Positions 1 to 9,490 of a stretch of 28,089 nucleotides of DNA are shown piece by piece. The notes below the pieces were generated by a model. The model worked only from the letters and a program-made list of their open reading frames with translations. It ran no database searches and was not told where the DNA came from. The position numbers and the translations under genes were made by a program. This stretch comes from SAR324 cluster bacterium (lineage in GTDB: Bacteria > SAR324 > JACQKK01). The number at the start of each line of letters is the position of its first letter. Within the stretch, counting starts at the first letter, position 1. Location of the stretch: assembly GCA_022572825.1 (NCBI GenBank), contig JACZVE010000001.1:1-28089 (forward strand), in the 5' to 3' direction.

Positions 1-101
1 CAGAGATTAGCGTCTCGTGTGAATGGAGCCTGATCTGAAACTGCCTGGCTCTGCCGGCATTCGCCAGAGAACGGCTATCGTTGTTGATTAAGAGGCTCAC
101 C

Positions 102-405
102 ATGCGACTCAGAGCGTTTGCGTTATTCGGGCTTGCGATACTGATTGCGCTGACGGCGTTTCCAGGACAGGTGCAAGCGGCTACGTTCGCCGTCACCAAG
201 ACGGCTGACACCAACGACGGCGCATGCGACGCAGACTGCTCCCTGCGAGAGGCCATCATCGCGGCCAACGCCCTGGCTGGTGTCGATACTATCACCGTTC
301 CGGCGGGCACTTACATCCTAACCATTGCCGGGACGGGCGACGATGCGTCAGAAACCGGCGACCTGGATATAGCCGACGACTTGACCATCCTTGGCGCTGG
401 CCCTC
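102..405 (+). pseudogene. N-terminal fragment of a CSLREA-domain secreted protein; homology stops after about 100 aa
   Basis: ATG at 102 follows AAGAGG. A signal peptide (MRLRAFALFGLAILIALTAFPGQVQA) precedes ATFAVTKTADTNDGACDADCSLREAIIAANALAGVDTITVPAGTY...GDLDIADDLTILGAG, a typical CSLREA N-terminus. Past ~405 this frame (ORF 81-1133) becomes Arg-rich shadow translation of the cpoB frame. Confidence 0.8.
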
Positions 406-1170
406 GCCAAGGGCATCACGGCGGATATGCCTGCCCCAGCGGTGGCGCGGAACGCCGGCCCCTCCGCGAGCGCGCCACAAGGGACGGCACCGCCCCCGGC
501 ACCCTCTGCGCTTCTGCGCGCCTCCGCTGCGCCTGGGCGTCAGGCCAGCGGACACACTCCACCTGGGGAACGTCGAATCGCCGCCAACGCCGACCCCGCT
601 GCCATGGCACAACGACCCGCCGGCGACGGCACGGCCGTGAACCGTGGTGCCGCATTGGCCGCCATGGTCATGGGCGGACAGGAAGACAGCCGGCAGACGG
701 AAGCCGCATTCCAGGATCCGGACCTGATGCCGCCGGCGTCCCCAACAAGGCTGATCGCCCACCGCGAGGCCAAGCCCCTGTACGAGAAGGGCTTCGCGCT
801 ATTCGCGCGCAAGCACTACGATCAGTCGATTATCGTGTTTCGCAACTTCCTCAATCGGTTTCCCAACGACATCTACAGCGACAACGCCCAGTTCTGGATC
901 GGCGAATCCTACCTGAACCTCGACCGAGACCGGGAGGCGGAGAACTCCTATCGCAAGGTGCTGCGCAATTACGAGCACCGCAGCACCCTGGAGGGATACA
1001 AGACGCCGGACGCCATCTACCGCCTGGCCCAGGCCCATCAGAAGCGCGACGACCTGCGGCGCGCCCGCTACTATTATCAGGCGCTCGCCGAGCGCTTCCC
1101 GGAAACCTCCGCCGGCCGCAAGGCACAGCGTGAACTGGACACCATCGGCCTCAATACCCCTGCGCGCTAG
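391..1170 (+). CDS. cpoB: CpoB/YbgF-like Tol-Pal-associated TPR protein, apparently lacking its N-terminus
   Basis: C-terminal TPR block LYEKGFALFARKHYDQSIIVFRNFLNRFPNDIYSDNAQFWIGESY...KTPDAIYRLA...ERFPETSAGRKAQREL is CpoB-like. It follows a Pro/Ala linker. No signal peptide; the frame is closed by TGA at 382-384. Confidence 0.75.
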   Translation: MALALAKGITADMPAPAVARNAGPSASAPQGTAPPPAPSALLRASAAPGRQASGHTPPGERRIAANADPAAMAQRPAGDGTAVNRGAALAAMVMGGQEDSRQTEAAFQDPDLMPPASPTRLIAHREAKPLYEKGFALFARKHYDQSIIVFRNFLNRFPNDIYSDNAQFWIGESYLNLDRDREAENSYRKVLRNYEHRSTLEGYKTPDAIYRLAQAHQKRDDLRRARYYYQALAERFPETSAGRKAQRELDTIGLNTPAR

Positions 1171-1196
1171 GCTGGATCAATCACGGAAAATCATCT

Positions 1197-1380
1197 GGGG
1201 GAAGCAGCGCGCGACTCGCAAGTGATGCGTCCCCCCGGACCCCCTATTGAACGCCGGGGCTTGGCCCTTGGCCACGCCCCGGCTCATAAGGTGTGCAAGG
1301 GCCTTAGGCCCATGCCTGGGGGAGAAACGCGTGACTCGCAAGCGTTTCGGGGGGCAGCGCCCCTCGACCCGCCGGAGGCA
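1197..1380. repeat. Two REP-like palindromic elements (family A) between convergent genes
   Basis: 1197-1244 GGGGGAAGCAGCGCGCGACTCGCAAG...CCCCCCGGACCCCC. 1318-1380 GGGGGAGAAACGCGTGACTCGCAAGCGTTTCGGGGGGCAGCGCCCCTCGACCCGCCGGAGGCA has an internal GAAACGC/GCGTTTC inverted repeat. Related copies at 23121-23192 and 27341-27456. Confidence 0.7.
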
Positions 1381-1416
1381 TTAAGTCACAGACTTTGCAG
1401 GCCAGCCCTACCCCGC

Positions 1417-2619
1417 CTAAGGCTGAAACACGGCAATTCCCGGCACGGCCAGGGACAGCGCGAACCAGAACGCCCTGCGGGACGGCAGCGGTCTGAGCCG
1501 CTCGCCCTTGAGCGCTCCCGCAACCGCCTCCCCGCGCAGGTTCCACCGGCTATCCGTCTGGCGATCCCGAATATCTCCCGCCACCCGCTGGAAGGTCAGG
1601 GGACGGCCCCGCACTGCCGCGGAAAACGCCGTGCCCACCGCCAATGGTCCCTCTGCGAACACGACCACCGGTTGCCCCGCGATCGTATCGTTGACGACCC
1701 GGTAGCCCAGCAGCGAGATGGGATAGGCCTTTTCTTCCTCCTTCACCCGCACGGACAGCACCACGGTTGCCGGAGGCAGGCGGCGGTCCAGCTTTTCCCT
1801 GGAAAACGGAAAGGGAAAGCGCAGCGCCGCCACGGCCTGAGGGTAGTGCTGAAAGGAATCCAGCGTGTAGGGATAGCGCCGGGCGAATCCCTGCTGCCGC
1901 GACAACACGCGCGTGCCCGGATACAGGGCCCGCCAGCGTCCCCACGGCATCGTAGCCGACGGCAGCGGGTCGAGCCGCTTGCCGGTTAACGCACCCACGA
2001 TGGCCTCGCCGGCCACCTGGAACCAGTACGATCCCGTCTGATGGTCGTACATCACCATGTCGTTCTCGTACAGTGCGCTGGTGTTCCCGAAGCTAAGGGT
2101 TTTGCCGTCCAGCCGCCGGTCGTAGACCACGCCGCTCGCGCACAATGGACAGTAGGAGATCAGCACGGGGACGCCGTCGATGACGTCGTTTACGATCTCG
2201 TGATAGTTGAGCATTTTCAGCGGGTAGGCGTACGCGCCGGAGCGGCTCGCGTAGCCGATCACCAGATCCGCGGCGCCCATCCAGTCGCCCCCCGCGGGGC
2301 CGTCGTAGCGGGGCTGGTGGATGGGGCGGATCGCGTCCCGCAACCCTTCGATCCGCTCCGGCGTGGCCTCGGAAAGCAGCAGCATGCCACCGTCGAAGGT
2401 GTCGAACACCACATCGTCCAGCGGTACGCTGTGGCGGCTCACGTCCACCGGCGGCGGCCGCATCACCGGCGGCGCTTTTTCGAAATCCGACCGCGCGGCA
2501 GACTGCGGCGCGAGCACTGGCGGCGGCTGCGCCTGCGAAGGCTGCGCTTTTAAAGGCATAGGGAGCGGGAGGAATAGCAGCGCGATGCCCAGGGCCGCAC
2601 GGATCATTGGTAGGCGCAT
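1417..2619 (-). CDS. DUF3179 domain-containing secreted protein
   Basis: Motifs DAIRPIHQP, AYPLKMLNYHEIVND, SYCPLCASGVVY, FGNTSALYENDMVMYDHQTGSYWFQ. Signal-like N-terminus. Start 2619 preferred (AGGAG RBS); 2658 is an alternative. Confidence 0.85.
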   Translation of the reverse strand: MRLPMIRAALGIALLFLPLPMPLKAQPSQAQPPPVLAPQSAARSDFEKAPPVMRPPPVDVSRHSVPLDDVVFDTFDGGMLLLSEATPERIEGLRDAIRPIHQPRYDGPAGGDWMGAADLVIGYASRSGAYAYPLKMLNYHEIVNDVIDGVPVLISYCPLCASGVVYDRRLDGKTLSFGNTSALYENDMVMYDHQTGSYWFQVAGEAIVGALTGKRLDPLPSATMPWGRWRALYPGTRVLSRQQGFARRYPYTLDSFQHYPQAVAALRFPFPFSREKLDRRLPPATVVLSVRVKEEEKAYPISLLGYRVVNDTIAGQPVVVFAEGPLAVGTAFSAAVRGRPLTFQRVAGDIRDRQTDSRWNLRGEAVAGALKGERLRPLPSRRAFWFALSLAVPGIAVFQP

Positions 2620-2874
2620 GCGTCTCCTCTCCCGGAATGAAACGGCGGATACGGACATTCCCCCTCCGAAGGAATGGCGCCTGGCGCAGCGCCGTGTTTT
2701 GCCCGCACCGGCGCGTGTCGGGGAACGGCGCGGCGGATAGGCAGGCGGGGTGCCTAAAGCGGCAAATTACCCTTACAATGGATCGACCTCACACCATCGC
2801 TTTTTACCGCGACTTTCCGTATGTGCGGACACCGTTTCCAACCCGTGCCCGTTCCGTCCCGGCAACGGCTGCCG

Positions 2875-3876
2875 ATGGCACGGGCCGCGCCCGGCGCGTT
2901 TTTGCCGGCTGTGTCCGTGCTTGCTGCGTCAGTGCTTGCTGCGTCCGTGCTGGCCGTGGCCGCACTGGTGTCCCTGCCTATGTGTGCCGTCGCGGCGGAG
3001 TGGGAAACGCGCAGCGCGCCGGGGCTGCTGTTCGAGTACGCGCCGGAGGATGACGTACTCGCCGGGAAGCTTTGGCCCGTGATGATCGCGGACCGCAAAG
3101 CGATCATGGAGCGGCTGCGCATCTTCCCCCCGGATACGCTCAGGGTGCGGCTGGCGCCCACCTGGGAAGCCTTCGCCGCCGCCCTGCAGTCCGAAATGCC
3201 GCCGTCCCGGCCGCTGCCCGAAACCCTGGGCGTCTATCTGCTCAACAGGCGGACGATTCTGCTGCGTTCGCCGCGCACGGACCTGGCCGGCGGCTGGGAT
3301 CTCCGCGGCGTGATGCGCCACGAGCTGGCCCATGGCGTACTCGATATGGCCATTGCGCAGCCCGTCCCCCTCTGGCTGCACGAGGGGCTGGCGATCCTCC
3401 TCTCGGACGATCTGGGTTATCTGGACGAGGCCCAGCTCACGTTCGCGGCGGTGACCGATCGCCTCATTCCCCTCACCGCGCTCCTCCATCGCTTCCCGTC
3501 CATCCATGGAGCGCGCACGGTGGCGTACTCCCAGGCCGCCAGCTTCGTGCGCTTTCTGCTGCGGCAGGCCGGCATGACGGGCCTTCGCGATCTGCTCAAG
3601 GCGCTGGAGCGCGGCATGGCGGTGCAGGACGCGTTTTCGCGCACCTATGGGATGAGCCTGTACGCCCTTGAGCGGCAATGGCAGGGGGAACTCGCCCAAC
3701 GCTTTTCCTATTTTACGCTGATCACGTCTACCTCGTTGCTGGGCGGCCTGGGCGCTCCGCTGGTGCTGCTGGGGGTTTGGCGGCGTTGGCTGCAGCGGCG
3801 CCGCAAGTTCAGGGAATGGGACTACCAGGAGCGAGCCCTGGCCGCCGTGCGGGGAGTGCCGCCGCCGGGGGAGTGA
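2875..3876 (+). CDS. Peptidase MA-family (gluzincin-like) metalloprotease with C-terminal TM anchor
   Basis: HExxH motif RHELAH, downstream PLWLHEGLA third-ligand motif, AYSQAASFVRFL. Signal peptide from Met 2875 (ORF open from 2821) and a hydrophobic C-terminal helix followed by a basic tail. Confidence 0.85.
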   Translation: MARAAPGAFLPAVSVLAASVLAASVLAVAALVSLPMCAVAAEWETRSAPGLLFEYAPEDDVLAGKLWPVMIADRKAIMERLRIFPPDTLRVRLAPTWEAFAAALQSEMPPSRPLPETLGVYLLNRRTILLRSPRTDLAGGWDLRGVMRHELAHGVLDMAIAQPVPLWLHEGLAILLSDDLGYLDEAQLTFAAVTDRLIPLTALLHRFPSIHGARTVAYSQAASFVRFLLRQAGMTGLRDLLKALERGMAVQDAFSRTYGMSLYALERQWQGELAQRFSYFTLITSTSLLGGLGAPLVLLGVWRRWLQRRRKFREWDYQERALAAVRGVPPPGE

Positions 3877-4042
3877 TGCGCCCGCGCGCGGAATTTGGCG
3901 ACGACGGCGGAGTGCGCAGAACCCCTGCCCGCCGAATCCGGCAGGCTATCTCTTGCAATCGTGCCACGATCGTCGGAAGAATGAAGGCGAAATTGAACGA
4001 ATCCACAAGTCATGACTCCAGTGCGAAACAACGGTAACAGCC

Positions 4043-5407
4043 ATGCACGATCCCTGGAAATACCTGCTCGCTGAAGAGGCGCTGCCTGCCCAGTGGTACA
4101 ACCTGCAAGCCGATCTGCCCGAGCCCCTGCCGCCCGTGATTCATCCGGGCACCGGGAAGCCCATCGGGCCGGACGATCTGGCGCCGTTGTTTCCCATGGC
4201 CATCATCGCCCAGGAGGTGAGCCAGGAGCGCTACATCGACATTCCCGAACCCGTGCGGGCGGCCTATCGCCTGTGGCGGCCCACTCCGCTGCACCGGGCG
4301 CGCGGCCTGGAGCAGGCGTTGGATACCCCGGCCCACATCTATTACAAGAACGAGACGGTCTCGCCGGTGGGCTCCCACAAGCCCAACACCGCCCTGGCCC
4401 AAGTCTACTACAATCAACAGGAAGGCGTGCGCGCCTTGACCACGGAGACCGGCGCCGGCCAATGGGGCTGCGCGCTGGCCTTCGCCGCGCAGCACTTCGG
4501 GCTGAGCTGCGAGGTCTACATGGTCAAGGTGTCCTATCAGCAGAAGCCGTACAGGCGAAGCATGATGCAAACCTACGGCGCCTCGGTAACCCCCAGCCCT
4601 TCGGAACACACCCAGGCCGGGCGTGCGATCCTGGAGCGGGACCCCGACTCCAACGGTTCGTTGGGCATCGCCATTTCCGAAGCGGTGGAGGCGGCCGCGA
4701 CCAGCGGCGGCGCCAAGAAATACAGCCTGGGCTCGGTGCTCAACCACGTGCTGATGCACCAGACCGTGATCGGCCAGGAGGCCCTCAAGCAGTTGGAAAT
4801 GGCCGGTGAATTCCCGGACGTGCTGGTGGGCTGCATCGGGGGCGGCTCCAACTTCGGCGGATTCGCCTTTCCGTTCGTGCGGGAAAAGCTGGCGGGCAAG
4901 CGCGACCTGCGCATCGTCGCCGTGGAGCCGATGGCCTCGCCCAGCCTCACCAAGGGCCAGTACGTTTACGACTTCGGCGATACGGCCATGACGACTCCAT
5001 TAATGAAGATGTACACGCTGGGCCACTCCTTCGTGCCCGCGCCGATTCACGCCGGCGGGCTGCGCTACCACGGCATGGCCCCGCTGGTGTGCCATCTCTA
5101 CGACATGGGGCTGATCGAAGCGGTGGCCTACCATCAAAATCCGGTGTTCGAGGCGGCGGTCACCTTCGCGCGCAGCGAGGGCATTCTGCCCGCTCCGGAA
5201 GCGGCCCACGCCATAAAAGGCGCCATCGACGAGGCGCTCAAATGCAAGGAAAGCGGAGAAGCCAAAGTGATCGCGTTCAACCTCTGCGGGCACGGTCACT
5301 TTGACATGCAGGCCTACGACGACTACTTCGCCGGCAAGCTGCCCGATTACGAGTATCCCGCTAAGGCTGTCGAGCAGGCCCTCAGCGAGCTGCCGCAGGT
5401 CGGTTGA
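4043..5407 (+). CDS. trpB2: Tryptophan synthase beta chain type 2 (stand-alone TrpB2)
   Basis: N-terminus [16 protein letters not shown] lysine motif [44 protein letters not shown]. 454 aa with no adjacent trpA. Confidence 0.95.
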   Translation: MHDPWKYLLAEEALPAQWYNLQADLPEPLPPVIHPGTGKPIGPDDLAPLFPMAIIAQEVSQERYIDIPEPVRAAYRLWRPTPLHRARGLEQALDTPAHIYYKNETVSPVGSHKPNTALAQVYYNQQEGVRALTTETGAGQWGCALAFAAQHFGLSCEVYMVKVSYQQKPYRRSMMQTYGASVTPSPSEHTQAGRAILERDPDSNGSLGIAISEAVEAAATSGGAKKYSLGSVLNHVLMHQTVIGQEALKQLEMAGEFPDVLVGCIGGGSNFGGFAFPFVREKLAGKRDLRIVAVEPMASPSLTKGQYVYDFGDTAMTTPLMKMYTLGHSFVPAPIHAGGLRYHGMAPLVCHLYDMGLIEAVAYHQNPVFEAAVTFARSEGILPAPEAAHAIKGAIDEALKCKESGEAKVIAFNLCGHGHFDMQAYDDYFAGKLPDYEYPAKAVEQALSELPQVG

Positions 5408-5495
5408 GGCGCCGGCGGGCGAAGCGAAGAGCCGAAGGGCGGAGGACGATCGAGCGCCCAGTCGGCACCTTTGACGCATTACGGCAGGAGAGACC

Positions 5496-6434
5496 ATGGC
5501 GTTCACACCGGCTTATCTGGAAACCTATCGCTCCGGGCGGCTGGCACAGAAGGTCGAGCAGGCCCATGAGGAACTGCGCCACTGCCTGGCCTGTCCGCGC
5601 AACTGCGGCGTGGACCGCATGGCCGGGCACACCGCCGCGTGCTATACGGGCCGCTACGCGGGTGTGAGCAGCGCTTTCCCCCACTTCGGCGAAGAGGACT
5701 GCCTGCGCGGCTGGCGCGGCTCGGGGACGATTTTTTTTGCGCGTTGCAATCTGCGCTGTGTGTTTTGCCAGAACTGGGACATCAGCCAGGAAAAGACGGC
5801 GGGGCGCGAGATGACGCCCCCACAGCTCGCCGCCATCATGTTGCGGCTGCAGGCGAAGGGTTGTCACAACATCAACTTCGTGACGCCCGAGCACGTCGTC
5901 CCTCAGATCATCGAGGCGCTGCCCGCGGCCATCGAGGGGGGTCTGCGGCTGCCGATCGTCTACAACACATCTGCCTACGACGCCCTCAGCAGCCTGGCGC
6001 TGATGGAGGGGGTGGTGGACATCTACATGCCGGACTTCAAATACTGGGACGCTGAGCGCGCCAAGCGGTATCTGCGGGCCAGGGACTACCCGGAAGTGGC
6101 TCGCACGATCATTGGCGAGATGCACCGGCAGGTGGGAGAGCTGCGCCTCAATGACGAGGGATTGGCGGAACGGGGACTGCTGGTGCGCCATCTCGTCATG
6201 CCGGAGGGCCTGGACGACACGCGCCAGATTCTGCGTTGGGTGGCCAGCCAGCTATCGCCGCGCACCTATGTCAACGTGATGGATCAGTACTACCCGATGC
6301 ACAAGGCCAGCGAATATCCCGAACTCAGTCGGCGGCTCTATCCCGAGGAGCACGAAGCCGCGCTGGCAGCCGCGCGAATGGAGGGCCTGCTGCGGCTGGA
6401 CGAGCGCCGCCACCGCCCCGCCTGGGCGGTATAG
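5496..6434 (+). CDS. pflX: PflX-like radical SAM protein
   Basis: N-terminal CLACPRNCGVDR, HFGEEDCLRGWRGSGTIFF, CxxxCxxC motif CNLRCVFCQN, GCHNINFVTPEH, LVRHLVMP. GGAGAG RBS. Confidence 0.9.
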   Translation: MAFTPAYLETYRSGRLAQKVEQAHEELRHCLACPRNCGVDRMAGHTAACYTGRYAGVSSAFPHFGEEDCLRGWRGSGTIFFARCNLRCVFCQNWDISQEKTAGREMTPPQLAAIMLRLQAKGCHNINFVTPEHVVPQIIEALPAAIEGGLRLPIVYNTSAYDALSSLALMEGVVDIYMPDFKYWDAERAKRYLRARDYPEVARTIIGEMHRQVGELRLNDEGLAERGLLVRHLVMPEGLDDTRQILRWVASQLSPRTYVNVMDQYYPMHKASEYPELSRRLYPEEHEAALAAARMEGLLRLDERRHRPAWAV

Positions 6435-6511
6435 GCAATGTCCGGAAACGGAAGCAGGCGCGGCGGCCAGGCTCCGCAGCGCGTACCGCGCACAGCGCAC
6501 CTGGCGCGCGG

Positions 6512-7174
6512 CTAAATGCGGAGCTTTGTCAGCTTGTGCTGAATCCTTTCCTTCAGAGTGATGATGCCTTCCATGTTGGGATTGATCTTCAGGGCGCGGT
6601 CGAAGTAGATGAGCGCGCTATCGAGGCGCTCCAGGCCGATCATGCATAACCCCGCGCCACTGAGCGCCCCGAAGTGGTAGGGGTTCAGTTTCAGCGTTTC
6701 GTCGATGTCGTCCAGGGACTTGCGATACTCGCCCAGGTGATAAAGGGCCGTGGCGCGCTTATTGTAGCCTTCGGCAAATCTGGGATTGCGCTGGATGACG
6801 GCATCGAACACGGCAACGGCCCTGACCAGCTGTCCGTTTTCGAGAAGCATGGAGCCCATCCGCAACAGCTCGTCCGCTTCCACGTCACCGGAACGGCTCC
6901 AGATTGACCACAGGGCCTTTTCCGCCAGCTTGCGGGCCACCCTATCGCCATCGTGCAGCATCGCGGCAACAGGCGGCACGGTGTTGAAATCGCCCTTGTC
7001 GGCCAGAGCGAGCAATGCGTTGCGGCGTTGCTCGCTGCCGCCTTCCTCGAGCAGTCTCAGCAGATCATTCAACTCGCCATCCGCCGCGAAGGCCAGGGGC
7101 AGCCCCAGCAACAGCGGCCAAACCAGCGCGTGGCAGAGGGTGAATTTCACGGCCTGTGCGAATTTTGCGACCAT
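6512..7174 (-). CDS. HEAT-repeat plus TPR protein
   Basis: Signal-like N-terminus from Met 7174 (ORF open from 7276). HEAT-like segment RRNALLALADKG...ARKLAEKALWSIW. TPRs NPRFAEGYNKRATALY and LNPYHFGALSGAGLC. Confidence 0.85.
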   Translation of the reverse strand: MVAKFAQAVKFTLCHALVWPLLLGLPLAFAADGELNDLLRLLEEGGSEQRRNALLALADKGDFNTVPPVAAMLHDGDRVARKLAEKALWSIWSRSGDVEADELLRMGSMLLENGQLVRAVAVFDAVIQRNPRFAEGYNKRATALYHLGEYRKSLDDIDETLKLNPYHFGALSGAGLCMIGLERLDSALIYFDRALKINPNMEGIITLKERIQHKLTKLRI

Positions 7175-7383
7175 GGTATTTACTCTTTGGATAAAGTCTT
7201 GATGGCCTCCGTTGCCAGTGATGCCGATCCAATATTCACGATATCTGGCAATAGTTGTTTTATTGGCACCACACACGTAATACGATGCGCAAAATTGGTG
7301 TATTCGCGGCGCCTTACCTTCCGGCTTCGGGGCGGGCTACCGCGTCGTTGACCGCCCTGCTCGCTGCGCACCGCAGACGTCCA

Positions 7384-7392
7384 TGATACCAT
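7384..7392 (+). promoter_or_regulatory. Candidate extended -10 sigma70 promoter for the 7499 gene
   Basis: TGnTAnnnT match TGATACCAT, with CTGCGC at 7364-7369 seventeen bases before the hexamer. Motif match only. Confidence 0.3.
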
Positions 7393-7498
7393 AAGTGAAA
7401 CTGCTATCCCATGAGTTGGCGCCGCTTCATGTACCGACTTTCGATTGTGCGGATTTTACCGCTGCGATTCACCCGAAGCCAGGTGTTGGCCGGCCCCG

Positions 7499-9433
7499 AT
7501 GGAATTTGAACAAGCAATCGAAAACGCGCAAATCCTCTTTCTCTTCGACCGCCGCTCCCAACAGCAGCTTCAGGAAATGGCCGAGGAGGCGGCGCCCCGC
7601 TCCCGGGACCGCTATCTGATCCGGCTGACCCAGGCCGCATTCGCATACTACAACTCGGCCGATGGCGAGCCCGCGGAGGTCAGGCGGATCATTCAGCAGG
7701 CGCAGACGATTTTGCGCGAGGTCAAGCAGTACCGGGAAGACCGCGTGTTTTACACGATGGCGCTGCGGCTGGAGGTGGACCTGCTGATGCACCTGTCCGC
7801 CCTGAACTATCAGGCGGCCAGTCGACAGCAAAAACCGCAGCGGATTTATAACGAGGATGATTCCCGCGCGCTGTCAATCAGCGAAACGCTGCTGAAGAAC
7901 TTCCCGCCTTCGTTCGACCCCCTGCCCAACGCGTGGTACAGCGGCGTGGTGCCGCTCTTTCCGACCTATCGGGACGAGGTGGTGCTCTTCTACAAGGACC
8001 GCGTCAAGGATAACCGGATCATCCCCCTGCAGACGATCATGCAGAAGATCAAGGACGAGCTCGTGCTCGTCGCTGGCGTGATCCAGGCCAAACAGTTCAT
8101 CGCGGAAAACGGAATCGTGGTCGATCGCGTGGATCGGGTCAATAAATACCTGGTGTCCAACGTCCACGCGATAGGGCGCTTCGTGGCACAGGCCATGCCG
8201 CAGACGGTGCACCTGGCGTCCGACATTTCGCTCCCTCGCGGCATTCCGCCGTCAGAGTTGGATACGGCCGTGCAGAACGTGGAAGGGCAAATCGAGCAGG
8301 CCCGTAACGACAAGGATATCCGCAAGTTCACCGGCCACCTGCTGCAACTGGGTATTCTCCATTTCCTGCGGGAAAGCCCGGAGGAAACCGTCAGCGCACT
8401 GGTGCGCACGCTGCACGCCAGCAGGCGTATCGGCCCGGAAGACAAGAAAATCCGCCAATACCGCCACGAGCAGTTCGCGGACATCCCCTTCATGATCGGA
8501 ACCTCTTACCTGCGCGAACTGCTGCCCCACGGCCAGTTGCAGGAACAGCACGCACCCCTGCTGCAAAACTGTCTCAGCGGCCTCATGCAGGCGATCGCGC
8601 TGCAGAACGGCTATCACCAGGGGTTCGTCAATTTGTTGGCGGCACTGCACTTTCACTCCGCAGAAGAGCAGGAGGGCGTGTACAAGCTATACTTGGCCCG
8701 TTTCGGCAACGATCTCGCCCAGCTCAACGGCCTGGCATTTCGCAACCTGGCCTTTCTGGGGTATCAAGCGAATCAGGAGAAATTGAACCCGGATATCGTC
8801 ATGTGGATGATCGTTTCCGAGTTCTGCACGGGCGGCGAGCTCACCAAAGCCAAGAAGATGCTGCAGGAGCTCAAGACACTTTACATCCTCAACGCTCACG
8901 ATTATTCGGTGACCTACCTGGAGCATTACCGCACTGCATTCCGGATCAAGGACGAGGAGTTCATCAAGGATCTCGAGAACGACGAGCTGCATTCGGCCAT
9001 ATTGTTCCACCTCTCCCACGCCTTCACCTCGCTGTCCCTGGTGCAGGGCAAGTATGACGGAGAGCTGGGCATCGAATACGCCAATCTGGACCAAGGCACC
9101 GAACTGAACACCGAGGCGCTCTACTTCCATCCCCACAATGGCAGTGCCCTGCGCCTGCTGGATACCCAGATTCAGATACTGCACTTCGCGTTGCAGCGCA
9201 GCCAGAAACGATGGGAAAACATCAACCAGATCATGGGTCAGCGCTTCCAGCTTTACGAGGACTACCTGCGCCAGGAGAAAAGCGTGAATCATCTGCAGGA
9301 GGCTCTGGTCAATCTGAAGATGGAATCGAAATTGCCTGAACTGAATGTGTCGCGGCCGGTGTTGGCGAGAATGGCAGAGGTTATCACCTCCGAGCAACGG
9401 GACCGGCTCAAACATCGAGTGCAAGCCACCTGA
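7499..9433 (+). CDS. Large alpha-helical hypothetical protein (644 aa)
   Basis: Long ORF with GC3-rich codon usage and normal amino acid composition. Met at 7499 (ORF open from 7445). No family recognised. Confidence 0.85.
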   Translation: MEFEQAIENAQILFLFDRRSQQQLQEMAEEAAPRSRDRYLIRLTQAAFAYYNSADGEPAEVRRIIQQAQTILREVKQYREDRVFYTMALRLEVDLLMHLSALNYQAASRQQKPQRIYNEDDSRALSISETLLKNFPPSFDPLPNAWYSGVVPLFPTYRDEVVLFYKDRVKDNRIIPLQTIMQKIKDELVLVAGVIQAKQFIAENGIVVDRVDRVNKYLVSNVHAIGRFVAQAMPQTVHLASDISLPRGIPPSELDTAVQNVEGQIEQARNDKDIRKFTGHLLQLGILHFLRESPEETVSALVRTLHASRRIGPEDKKIRQYRHEQFADIPFMIGTSYLRELLPHGQLQEQHAPLLQNCLSGLMQAIALQNGYHQGFVNLLAALHFHSAEEQEGVYKLYLARFGNDLAQLNGLAFRNLAFLGYQANQEKLNPDIVMWMIVSEFCTGGELTKAKKMLQELKTLYILNAHDYSVTYLEHYRTAFRIKDEEFIKDLENDELHSAILFHLSHAFTSLSLVQGKYDGELGIEYANLDQGTELNTEALYFHPHNGSALRLLDTQIQILHFALQRSQKRWENINQIMGQRFQLYEDYLRQEKSVNHLQEALVNLKMESKLPELNVSRPVLARMAEVITSEQRDRLKHRVQAT

Positions 9434-9490
9434 CCTGCCCACACGAGAAGCAGTGTCGAAAATAGCCGCGGTGGCACAAGACCGACCCTT

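Noticed and set aside
81-1133. 350-aa ORF as an intact protein
   Set aside because: Only the first ~107 aa are protein-like. The rest is Arg/Gly/Pro-rich shadow of the cpoB frame.
1417-2658. Selenoprotein form of DUF3179
   Set aside because: The CPLC motif uses ordinary Cys codons and there is no in-frame TGA.
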